Source: a virus
Reading direction: 5' to 3' (one strand)
Virus record (IMG/VR): IMGVR_UViG_3300022908_000003
Coordinates: 4,054 to 68,053 of that record
DNA length: 64,000 nt
A program made the translations under genes and the position numbers. A model generated the notes under the pieces. It had not been told where the DNA came from. It saw only the letters and a list, made by a program, of their open reading frames with translations, and searched no databases. Positions 56,228 to 64,000 of this stretch are shown here, piece after piece (the stretch's first letter is position 1; each line of letters begins with the position of its first letter).

Positions 56228-57223
56228 TTATGCTGCCTTTTTCCGTACTACAATTTTCTTCCCTGTAGTTGTCGGAACCTTTGCTGCACTTACCGGTTTT
56301 GTAGCAACTGCAACAGGTACGCTTGTGCTAGTTGCAGTTGCTATCTTCTTTTTGGTTGGCTTAACTGCGTTTACATCAACCGGTAAAGTAACCTTTCCAC
56401 CATCAAAATCAAACGTATGACCTTCCAGTACTGAATTGCCTTCAGGAGCGTCAACACATAATCCGGCTTCTACCAAATCAGTTGTTGCAAAATATTCAAA
56501 CCGGAACTTTGCAGGAAGTCCGATAGTTCCCCTTGAAGAAAGACTATATACTGTAGCTTCTTTAGTGAAACAACGAACTACGGCGGCAAGATACAATCCA
56601 ACTGCCGAAGTAGAGAACGGGTGATTTTTGCAATGAATTACGGCATGGTCCCTGCTACCGCGCGCATTACCTAGACTTGAAATAGCATAAGCTAATTCAG
56701 AAACTTTATCGCCAAAACCATGAATAACTTCGCCGCCATTAAACCGCGTATTATCACGCCCGGTCTTTTCGGTCTTTGTCGTTGTAGTCTTTGCAGGTAC
56801 ATTCGCAGTTTTGCCGTTCTTACTGGTAGAAGATTTAGTATTATCTTCTGCCTGTATCTTTGTACGAGCAGCCCGAACTTTTGCCATCTTATCATTAATC
56901 TCTTGTTGTGCTTTATTCGCCCCTACGTTCGTTTTTACGGCAGTTGAAGTCTTTGTCGGGACTTCTGCCTTAACTGCCGTTTCGCCTTCATTTGTCTGAG
57001 CTATTTCTTTTGCCTTCGCAACTCCACGGATACCCTTACCTAGTGCCGAAGTTCCGCACATAATCTTCCATAGCTTAGTATCTGCATCTACTATAAGCCG
57101 ATATTTCCCCTTGTCTCCAATTGCTGCAAGGTTTCCGGTAGTTGCGTCTTTCTTGAAAGTGAGTTCTGCCATTGTGTTTTGTTCCTTTGATCTAACTAAA
57201 TTTATTTTGGTTTTTGGTTTCAA
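56228..57223 (-). CDS. Lys/Ala/Thr-rich putative DNA-binding protein with AbrB-like segment
   Basis: Low-complexity K/T/A linkers and SLSSRGTIGLPAKFR. Probable start is MAELTF. Confidence 0.55.
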   Translation of the reverse strand: MKPKTKINLVRSKEQNTMAELTFKKDATTGNLAAIGDKGKYRLIVDADTKLWKIMCGTSALGKGIRGVAKAKEIAQTNEGETAVKAEVPTKTSTAVKTNVGANKAQQEINDKMAKVRAARTKIQAEDNTKSSTSKNGKTANVPAKTTTTKTEKTGRDNTRFNGGEVIHGFGDKVSELAYAISSLGNARGSRDHAVIHCKNHPFSTSAVGLYLAAVVRCFTKEATVYSLSSRGTIGLPAKFRFEYFATTDLVEAGLCVDAPEGNSVLEGHTFDFDGGKVTLPVDVNAVKPTKKKIATATSTSVPVAVATKPVSAAKVPTTTGKKIVVRKKAA

Positions 57224-57466
57224 ACATTGTATTTGGATTAATGTTTGCTTTAGTTAATTTAATGTAGTGTCAAATTAACTAATTCAAAGATTAATATACT
57301 GGTAAGGGTAGAAAGTATTTTTTACCTCGCCATCTTTTAAAGTTACGAATTGACTTTGCTATACTATCAAAGTTGTTTTCATGAATGGCACAAACAACAA
57401 AATAGCTTGACCGTTCGCTATTCCTTTCCATCCGTCTTAACATGTTAAACCACATACTAGCATACC

Positions 57467-57835
57467 TCAGTTCCTATTGTCAAGATCTCTTTCGGCAAAA
57501 TATCCCCAATTACCTATAAATATTTCTCCTGTCTCATAGCAGAACATAAGAGTAGCTATGTATGGATCTCCTGTGTTTAGGTACATATATTGCCTATTTC
57601 CCAACTTAGGCAACCTAAAACTAAGATTTTCAATACCATAAGTCTCTAACAGTTCATTACATTTTCGAAACTTATTTGTAGTAGGTGATTTTTTATCTTC
57701 CAAAACCTTTCTAACTAACTTGGCAGTAACTTCCGGAGAACGGTCAAGCTTGTTTAGCCATTCAAGACCGTTTAAAATCCCTTTGACCGTCGGAACTCTT
57801 AATTCATTTGCCATAGGTATTTTCTTCCTTCTCAT
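57467..57835 (-). CDS. conserved phage early hypothetical protein
   Basis: NELLETYGIE..YLNTGDPYIATL..IGNWG pattern seen in phage early genes. Confidence 0.6.
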   Translation of the reverse strand: MRRKKIPMANELRVPTVKGILNGLEWLNKLDRSPEVTAKLVRKVLEDKKSPTTNKFRKCNELLETYGIENLSFRLPKLGNRQYMYLNTGDPYIATLMFCYETGEIFIGNWGYFAERDLDNRN

Positions 57836-58006
57836 AAGAATCTATGTAAGCTTGTTTCTTTTCGTCACTCCATCTAGGGTCTATTTACGGGTTCCAATCG
57901 TAAGCTTTATGATTTGCCCCATGATTAGCGCATTGTTCTAAAGTTATCTCGTTTGAATCTGCATTATAAAACCTTCTCCATGTTTCTGAAAAATAGTTTA
58001 CTGGCA

Positions 58007-58396
58007 TTACACTAATTCCTCTAATTCTTCTCTTGTCATGTAATCTCCGTTGTCAAGCTGAGTTAATCCTAAATTGAACAAAGCGTCCATGCGCCAATAC
58101 TCTGTCATAGGATTAGTAACAAAGTCTAATTGTTCTTTTGTGTAATCTTCAAAATATTCTGCATCTGTATCACCCGGCTTTAAGAAAAGAATGTCAAGTA
58201 ACTCAGCCGCAGAATATTTGCTTAACGGTCCCTCCTTGCACAATGGAGAAGGTTTGTAATCACTTCCCTCAAATATTGTTGTATCTTCTAACCTAAGTTC
58301 ATATTTGACTTTATTAGAGTTATTGACATAATCCATTGAGAGTATCAATTGATTGCCAAGAGTATAAGCTTGTAACGTAATACTATTTATTGTCAT
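58007..58396 (-). CDS. conserved phage early hypothetical protein
   Basis: IFEGSDYKPSPL..LKPGDTDAEYFEDYTKEQLDF. Confidence 0.6.
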   Translation of the reverse strand: MTINSITLQAYTLGNQLILSMDYVNNSNKVKYELRLEDTTIFEGSDYKPSPLCKEGPLSKYSAAELLDILFLKPGDTDAEYFEDYTKEQLDFVTNPMTEYWRMDALFNLGLTQLDNGDYMTREELEELV

Positions 58397-58617
58397 TACT
58401 TTGTTTCCTTAGGATTTTCTAAAGTAAAGTTTTTATAGTTTTGTTCCGTAATGTAGTCAAACGCATATAGCCCAAACTTAATAGGTATCTTAAACCTTGT
58501 TAGATCTCGTTTCCATGTAATAGTTCTTCCATTGCGCCGCCATGTTCTTACCTTACCTTTACTATCTGTAAAGTAAAAATAATCTGCTTTTTTGTAATCT
58601 TCTATCGGTTTACTCAC
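58396..58617 (-). CDS. conserved phage early hypothetical protein
   Basis: WRRNGRTITWKR..FKIPIKFGLY. Confidence 0.6.
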   Translation of the reverse strand: MSKPIEDYKKADYFYFTDSKGKVRTWRRNGRTITWKRDLTRFKIPIKFGLYAFDYITEQNYKNFTLENPKETK

Positions 58618-59044
58618 TAAAATAGTTCCTTGTTTCTTCTTCCGTAGTTAATTGAAAACTTGCATTCTGTTTATTGTATTTTTCCTCACAGTAGTGGTAA
58701 CTATGGTCACAATACTCGTTAAACTCTAAGCAATACCATTCCACACTGTCTCCAAAAACTGAAGACTTTGTATTAAATCTTCCTAAGTCTGTAGCCATCT
58801 CTATTCCGTTTTGACGAATGCCAATAGCTATTGTGTTAGGTAATTCAGGAGTAGCTATAATCTCAGTATAACAAGCTACTATATCCCCATGATACCTAAC
58901 CGGGCACGAATGATTATTAATCAATTCGTGGTATGCTTGCAAGATGTTTGCTACTCTTGAATTACATACATTATTATCAACTAATTGAATGTACATACAA
59001 TCTAGAAAGAACGGTACATTTTCTAATGGTTCTTTGTGGTTCAT
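58610..59044 (-). CDS. hypothetical protein
   Basis: 144-aa ORF. Confidence 0.55.
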   Translation of the reverse strand: MNHKEPLENVPFFLDCMYIQLVDNNVCNSRVANILQAYHELINNHSCPVRYHGDIVACYTEIIATPELPNTIAIGIRQNGIEMATDLGRFNTKSSVFGDSVEWYCLEFNEYCDHSYHYCEEKYNKQNASFQLTTEEETRNYFSE

Positions 59045-59045
59045 T

Positions 59046-59453
59046 CTAGTAAATCCTTTCCATCATGCTACCGGCCCAATGAGCTAAATTCTCAAAACCT
59101 GCATTCTGTATTTCTTCCTCAGTAAATATAGACTTAGCAAGAACATACATTATCTCATGTGGCTCAGAAGTCCTATAAAACCATCTATAACGTTTCTTCT
59201 CTGAAAACAAACATAGAATATGATCAGTTATATTTCTTATCCTAGAGACTTTACCAGTTCCTTTTTCTACTGTCCTACATATATTATTTTCTACTGTTTC
59301 CGAAACAAGAAATGAGAAAATAAGTTGACCTTTACTATTTGATCTATTTTTATGCTGGAATGCAACAATAGTCGTATAAGGTGTTACTAGATTTTTTAAA
59401 CTATCTATTGCGCTAAGTCTATCTAATTCTCTTTGCTGTTTAGTCTTTGCCAT
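59046..59453 (-). CDS. hypothetical protein
   Basis: 135-aa ORF. Confidence 0.55.
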   Translation of the reverse strand: MAKTKQQRELDRLSAIDSLKNLVTPYTTIVAFQHKNRSNSKGQLIFSFLVSETVENNICRTVEKGTGKVSRIRNITDHILCLFSEKKRYRWFYRTSEPHEIMYVLAKSIFTEEEIQNAGFENLAHWAGSMMERIY

Positions 59454-59659
59454 TATCTACCTTTTATTTTTCCTTCGCAAGCTAATGCATGAAATATAGC
59501 ATAACCTAACTTTTCGGCGGCGAGTATATAATTTAAATTAGATTTCACTTCCTTACCATAAGTAACAGTAAATTTAGTCTTACTATCTTGTGTTACAGTA
59601 ATTGGAAATCCTGCTAATTCCGTTTCAAATATTTTAGTCTTTACCATTAAATCCACCAT
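59453..59659 (-). CDS. hypothetical protein
   Basis: FTVTYG..LNY..AA..LG..IFHALACEG, a phage small-protein pattern. Confidence 0.55.
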   Translation of the reverse strand: MVDLMVKTKIFETELAGFPITVTQDSKTKFTVTYGKEVKSNLNYILAAEKLGYAIFHALACEGKIKGR

Positions 59660-59819
59660 ACCTCATAACCATAAACTAACATAGAGTAATCTAGTGTAGA
59701 AACTTCTTCTTTCTCTATGAGTTCACAATAACGAATTGTGAAGCGGTTGATAGATCTCTTTTTATTGTTTTGTCGATTTAACCGCATTTTACGCGGTTTG
59801 TTTTTTGGCTTCATTTTCC

Positions 59820-59850
59820 GGTTTCCGTTATTCTCTGGTAGAAGAAATCT
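59820..59850 (-). repeat. copy of the dispersed ACCAGAGA motif
   Basis: Minus strand AGATTTCTTCTACCAGAGAATAACGGAAACC, directly after a stop codon. Confidence 0.8.
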
Positions 59851-60042
59851 CTATTCCTCAGTATAGATTATAAACCAATTCCCCATAAGCTTCGTTCTTC
59901 GTTTTAAATAAGACTTTGTACAAGTTAACGAACTACTTTCCTTATCCTTGCAGATTTCTTGCGCTTCTTGCAAAGTCAGACCGGTATGCGTAGTTCGTTT
60001 TCTATAACCCTTTTCATACTTTAGAACCGTTTTGTAAGTCAT
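59851..60042 (-). CDS. hypothetical protein
   Basis: TGLTLQEAQEICKDKESSS..WF..Y phage small-protein pattern; AAGGAG RBS. Confidence 0.6.
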   Translation of the reverse strand: MTYKTVLKYEKGYRKRTTHTGLTLQEAQEICKDKESSSLTCTKSYLKRRTKLMGNWFIIYTEE

Positions 60043-60103
60043 TGCTTATTCTCCTTGTTTGTTTGTTGTCATATACTAAATTAATTCCTGCGAATAGTTA
60101 AAG

Positions 60104-60328
60104 CTATTTACTCTCCTTTAAATTAAGTCTGTTATCCCATTTTTTACCTGGGAGATTATTTAACCATTTTGCAGTCTGTTTGATTATTTCATCTTGTGAA
60201 ACATCTTTCAATACTTCACTACAATAACCAGACTTACTGTAATCTTCCCAATTGTCACAAACTAGGTTTGCTGCATTTGTTATGATCTCGTAAGCAAGTG
60301 CCGCCTTTTGTTCATTTGTTAATGCCAT
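60104..60328 (-). CDS. hypothetical protein
   Basis: 74-aa ORF. Confidence 0.55.
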   Translation of the reverse strand: MALTNEQKAALAYEIITNAANLVCDNWEDYSKSGYCSEVLKDVSQDEIIKQTAKWLNNLPGKKWDNRLNLKESK

Positions 60329-60596
60329 TAATTTACCTTATTCGTCTAATAGAACTTCATCAATAGAGATACTCTCGTGTTGTACCTCTACTTCATTGTC
60401 GTTATACTTACCGCTATCAAACTTATTAAAAGCATCCTCTTTTGATTTTGCTTTTATTGTGATACTACATTCTTGCGTTCTGGTGAACGTAACTATGTAA
60501 TCAGGCATGTTTCTAATTCCTTTCGAATGAACGCAGGAATTAATTTAGTATATAAAATTGTGCTGGAATGCTTAATTAGAGACTACTTTATTAAAT

Positions 60597-60890
60597 TTAC
60601 TTCTTTGGCCCATAATGGCCGTTTAACTTTTCCTCTCTGTCAGTTTTTAAGATATTTTGATAATAGGTGTATTGCCAGTCAGTAGCTAACCCAAATAAAC
60701 GTCTACATTCTTCTTTCGTAATTAAAATGTAGTTAAATTCTTTGCCATTACGTTTCATAATTTCTTCTGTAATATGCAACAAAGTACCTTCAAATGTAAG
60801 TACTCGTTTACCTTCCAAGAAAAAGATACAAGTATATATACTATTCTTTATCTTTTCGTCATATTGTTTTTTTGTTACAAAGTTTGCCAT
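60597..60890 (-). CDS. hypothetical protein, first gene after the 61.2-kb promoter
   Basis: 97-aa ORF with GAAAGG RBS. Confidence 0.55.
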   Translation of the reverse strand: MANFVTKKQYDEKIKNSIYTCIFFLEGKRVLTFEGTLLHITEEIMKRNGKEFNYILITKEECRRLFGLATDWQYTYYQNILKTDREEKLNGHYGPKK

Positions 60891-61172
60891 TAGTTTTTAC
60901 CTTTCGTATTTTCTACAAAGAGTAGTCTCTAATTAAGCATTCCAGCTAAACATATTTAATTATCAAAGATCCAATTAATACAGAAGGTTATTGACCGTCT
61001 TAGGTAGTTCTAGAGTTTCCATCAAATAATGGTTCCTAGTCTCAATACCCAAATACGGTTTAAACCGGTCTATATTCGCTTGTGAAAGCCTAAAACCACT
61101 TCGCCCGGTAACTTTGCCAGTTTTCGAAGTGCGCTAGTCGTTATGTCGATTAGCGTATGAAGTTGTAAGGAT

Positions 61173-61201
61173 AGTATATTCTATCCTTCACCCTATGTCA
61201 A
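61173..61201 (-). promoter_or_regulatory. sigma70-type promoter
   Basis: TTGACA-17 nt-TATACT. Confidence 0.8.
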
Positions 61202-61657
61202 TAGGTTTATCAAAAATAATTTAGATCTTTTTCAACCTAACCTATACCTCCCCACTGAGCTATCAAATTTTCTCCAATACGTAACATACGCACGTTCTCT
61301 ATATAGCGTGACTAAATTTTTCTAACTAAAGAAAATAAAGCAGAATAACGTCAATTCAGCTGTTTTAGTGTAGAAACTAATGATTGACTATCAATAACTA
61401 TCAGAGTACAATAAAGTATAGAAACCTACAGTTTCCGTTCATATGAAAAATGACATTCTCCCTTATGGGGAGGAATTACAGAAAATTTCATAAACTATTT
61501 GAAAACGAGGTTTCTCGCTCAGAATTTTCACCTCAACCCTATCAAATAATCTACAATTTTTTACCTCTTTTCTAAGTTCCCAAAATCAGTCCAAAAACTA
61601 CGATTTATAGGTCAAAATCCAAATCCACCCCCTGTTTTATTTTTGGCCTCACCTTCC

Positions 61658-61813
61658 GATTAAAAACGGGTAAATGAAGGGGTGTGGTACATACCTTACC
61701 TTATCTTATATTTATTTTAATTCTTACGTTCTTGATTATAAAAATAATTAAAAATATCTTCTTCAATAAATAGGCGTAGTATATGCCACCCCTACGATTT
61801 CCCGTTTTTAATC
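61658..61813. repeat. ~155-bp element with long terminal inverted repeats (copy 2, inverted relative to copy 1)
   Basis: GATTAAAAACGGGTAAATGAAGGGG ... CCCCTACGATTTCCCGTTTTTAATC; its interior matches the reverse complement of the 21 kb copy. Confidence 0.85.
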
Positions 61814-61974
61814 AACCCATCTAATTTTGACCAATTTTTCCGATTTCCCATCTAAGATACCAAACATAAATACAGTAAATGACCCCTAAGCAGCTTGCTG
61901 CTTTCCCTCACTCAATCTTGTTTTCTCTTTTATACTGTTTGAATAAGTCACCGTTTTTAATCGCTGTAACGCAG

Positions 61975-62033
61975 AAAAGGCTGTTTCTAATCCCTCTTTT
62001 GGAGACTAAAAACAGCCTAAAAATCACTACGTA
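61975..62033. terminator. hairpin, probable intrinsic terminator
   Basis: AGGCTGTTT...AAACAGCCT stem flanked by A-runs, downstream of 62100..62672. Confidence 0.6.
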
Positions 62034-62099
62034 AAATCGCCCAAATCGTAGCGCCAAAAAACAACGTTTCACCGTTTTTAATCGAAACGTTAATCTATC

Positions 62100-62672
62100 T
62101 TACAATTCTTTTGGAGGGATAGTAAATACGCATTCCCCTTCATGACCATTTATTAGTAAGCACCGCAACGGTCTTGACTTAGGCCAATTTTCTACAGCAT
62201 CCCCTTTTTTACATCTTCCAAATAGACTAACAGGCACATTTGCTGCCAAGATCGCAGGTTTATAGTTATCAGATTCTATTTGACTTACAGCATACTTTAA
62301 AGCGTCAATTTGATGGTTCTCTTCTGTATCTTCCTTTGCTAAATCCCATGCGTTATGGAGAAAAACTCTCCCTGACCTAAAAATTTTCTTCAGTACTTCT
62401 GCACGTCTATCTTTGTCAGTTTTCACTTTCTCTGGTAAAAGAGAAGGACAAATAACAGGGATTTCAAGAGCACTGAAATAGACCTGTTTACATCTTGTAC
62501 ACTGCGCATAGACGCTTTCAGCGTTGTATACAGCCTCTATATGGCAACACACTATACTCCTGATCTCTGCCCTAGTTAAATCAAAAGCATCTACTCCGAG
62601 TTTCTGTGCTGCCAAGATAAGTTCTATAGAAGTTGGAGTTAAATTACTACGTTCTCTACCAGAGAAAAGCAT
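62100..62672 (-). CDS. Cys-rich hypothetical protein
   Basis: 190-aa ORF with CTRC and RC..RCLL..GHEGEC. Confidence 0.55.
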   Translation of the reverse strand: MLFSGRERSNLTPTSIELILAAQKLGVDAFDLTRAEIRSIVCCHIEAVYNAESVYAQCTRCKQVYFSALEIPVICPSLLPEKVKTDKDRRAEVLKKIFRSGRVFLHNAWDLAKEDTEENHQIDALKYAVSQIESDNYKPAILAANVPVSLFGRCKKGDAVENWPKSRPLRCLLINGHEGECVFTIPPKEL

Positions 62673-62676
62673 TACC

Positions 62677-63186
62677 TTATTCCTTATAGCTATGTCCGGT
62701 TGTAAGAATAGTTGCTAGATCTTTTATATCATTTGAACTAAGATCTTTTCTTTGCTTTGCTACATCTATCATAGTTTGTACAAAATCCTCGAAACTAGAC
62801 ATGACCGAAGGAGTTATACGATCTCCTGAACTAGTTCTGTATGGGTTGTAGTTACTTGATGCAGCCATTGTAATAACTTGATCAATAACATCCCATTGTT
62901 GTCGTTTGAATTTTATAGGATAGTATAGGGGAACTTCTGGTAGACTTGTATTGTTGTCAAATTGTGATATTGGTTCCCTACAAAGTTCTCTTCTAGTATA
63001 CCACCCTTCGTAGCGAGGTATATTTTCAGGATCAATACTCATTATGTCACAAGGACTTATAAAATAAACTCTTCTAAGTACATTATCCTGTAATTTTTTG
63101 TGTCCTTTAAAGACAACGCTGTACAGTATTTGTGAAGGGCCATCTTCTTCAGCTATTCTAACTTTCTGCCCTATTTTTAATCCCAT
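62677..63186 (-). CDS. hypothetical protein
   Basis: 169-aa ORF with AAAGGA RBS. Confidence 0.6.
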   Translation of the reverse strand: MGLKIGQKVRIAEEDGPSQILYSVVFKGHKKLQDNVLRRVYFISPCDIMSIDPENIPRYEGWYTRRELCREPISQFDNNTSLPEVPLYYPIKFKRQQWDVIDQVITMAASSNYNPYRTSSGDRITPSVMSSFEDFVQTMIDVAKQRKDLSSNDIKDLATILTTGHSYKE

Positions 63187-63190
63187 AAAG

Positions 63191-64000
63191 CTATCCTTTC
63201 AAGTTCTGAGCTACTTTTTCTACAGTAGATCGAACAACATCTACTGACCATCCCTTAGTTAAGAGATAAGATGATAGTTCTGCTTTTACTATATCTTTCA
63301 ACCTAGTGTGTGTCACTGCGTTGAGATGGTTCATTAGAAAATAGCTTACATCCCCTTCTACGGTTCCGGTAGTTATTGGGCTATATCTAACACCACCCTC
63401 TAAACTAAGATCAAAGGGGTTTTCTACAAACCTAGTATAACCTGCGGCTGAGTTACGATCTTCCATCTCGTTAAGTATGTCAAGTTGCCAACCCATTAAC
63501 CTAACTTTTAAGACCTTTAACAAGAACTCTTTGAGATTAATACCTCTTTGTAAAGGTTCTATAGGGCTGTTTTCACCAGAGAGAACGGAGTTCTCAGATT
63601 GTACTGTATTTTCTACATCAGGAAGGTCTTGTACTATCTCGCCTGGAGTAATATCTTCTTCACTCCGTCTATACGGTAAGTAATCAAATTCATACCTATA
63701 GGTGTCTAACTCACTATCAAAACCAACAGCAGTTATTTCTACAATTCCTGTAGTAAATTCTACTTTAGATTGATAAGTTATATGATCGCCTACACGGTAT
63801 TTCGGTCCTTCTTTGAGTGCTTCTTCAGAGTACCATAGAGCATTGCTTTTAAGATGGTACGAAAATCTAGGTTCCCCTCCGTTTATGAAGCCTTCGAAAA
63901 TACTATCTATTTGGCATATTTGTCCTGTATCCCTTATAACTACAGTTTGCCCTTCAGAAACTTTTGGTTCCCTTTTCTCTTGTGAAGAAATCTCTACTTC
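63191..64000 (-). CDS. hypothetical protein, 5' truncated by the window edge
   Basis: The frame of the 63191..63523 ORF stays open to position 64000 on manual translation. Confidence 0.6.
   Translation of the reverse strand, partial: EVEISSQEKREPKVSEGQTVVIRDTGQICQIDSIFEGFINGGEPRFSYHLKSNALWYSEEALKEGPKYRVGDHITYQSKVEFTTGIVEITAVGFDSELDTYRYEFDYLPYRRSEEDITPGEIVQDLPDVENTVQSENSVLSGENSPIEPLQRGINLKEFLLKVLKVRLMGWQLDILNEMEDRNSAAGYTRFVENPFDLSLEGGVRYSPITTGTVEGDVSYFLMNHLNAVTHTRLKDIVKAELSSYLLTKGWSVDVVRSTVEKVAQNLKG

Noticed and set aside
1294-63683. Other plus-strand ORFs in the track
   Set aside because: Nearly all overlap longer minus-strand genes and lack RBSs or recognisable motifs. Those in gaps (20788, 51775, 52184, 52348) look non-coding.
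1-64000. Temperate lifestyle, alternative genetic code, DGR or retron
   Set aside because: No integrase, CI-like repressor or reverse transcriptase was recognised. Long ORFs are intact in the standard code and all three stops are used. The window is partial, so lifestyle stays open.

Overview
A 64-kb piece of an AT-rich tailed dsDNA phage genome with a siphovirus-type gene set. Essentially all credible genes are on the minus strand. Read in the direction of transcription (right to left), it holds: small early genes behind sigma70-like promoters (64-52.7 kb); two degenerate tRNA-like elements; two signal-peptide proteins; an M15 endolysin; terminase, portal and head genes; a tail tube fused to PA14/LamG domains; a frameshifting tail chaperone; tape measure; an RcGTA-like tail tip module; membrane proteins; and a DNA-metabolism block (SNF2-like helicase, RuvC-like resolvase, UDG, PD-(D/E)XK nuclease, AAA recombinase, SSB-like protein, PolA, SLOG protein, primase-helicase, NADAR). 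I saw no integrase, CRISPR array or rRNA. The most striking unexplained signals are: (1) an asymmetric ~28-bp DNA motif (core ACCAGAGA/TCTCTGGT) present at least 36 times, intergenic and inside genes in all three frames; (2) a phage-encoded Flp/Tad pilin missed by the ORF track; (3) a shared N-terminal K-hydrophobic-K-hydrophobic-K tag on many replication proteins; (4) tRNA-like RNAs with intact elbows but broken anticodon arms; (5) two inverted copies of a ~150-bp palindromic element at operon boundaries; (6) a structured terL leader with an anti-Shine-Dalgarno loop. All product calls come from recognising motifs by eye, without database searches.
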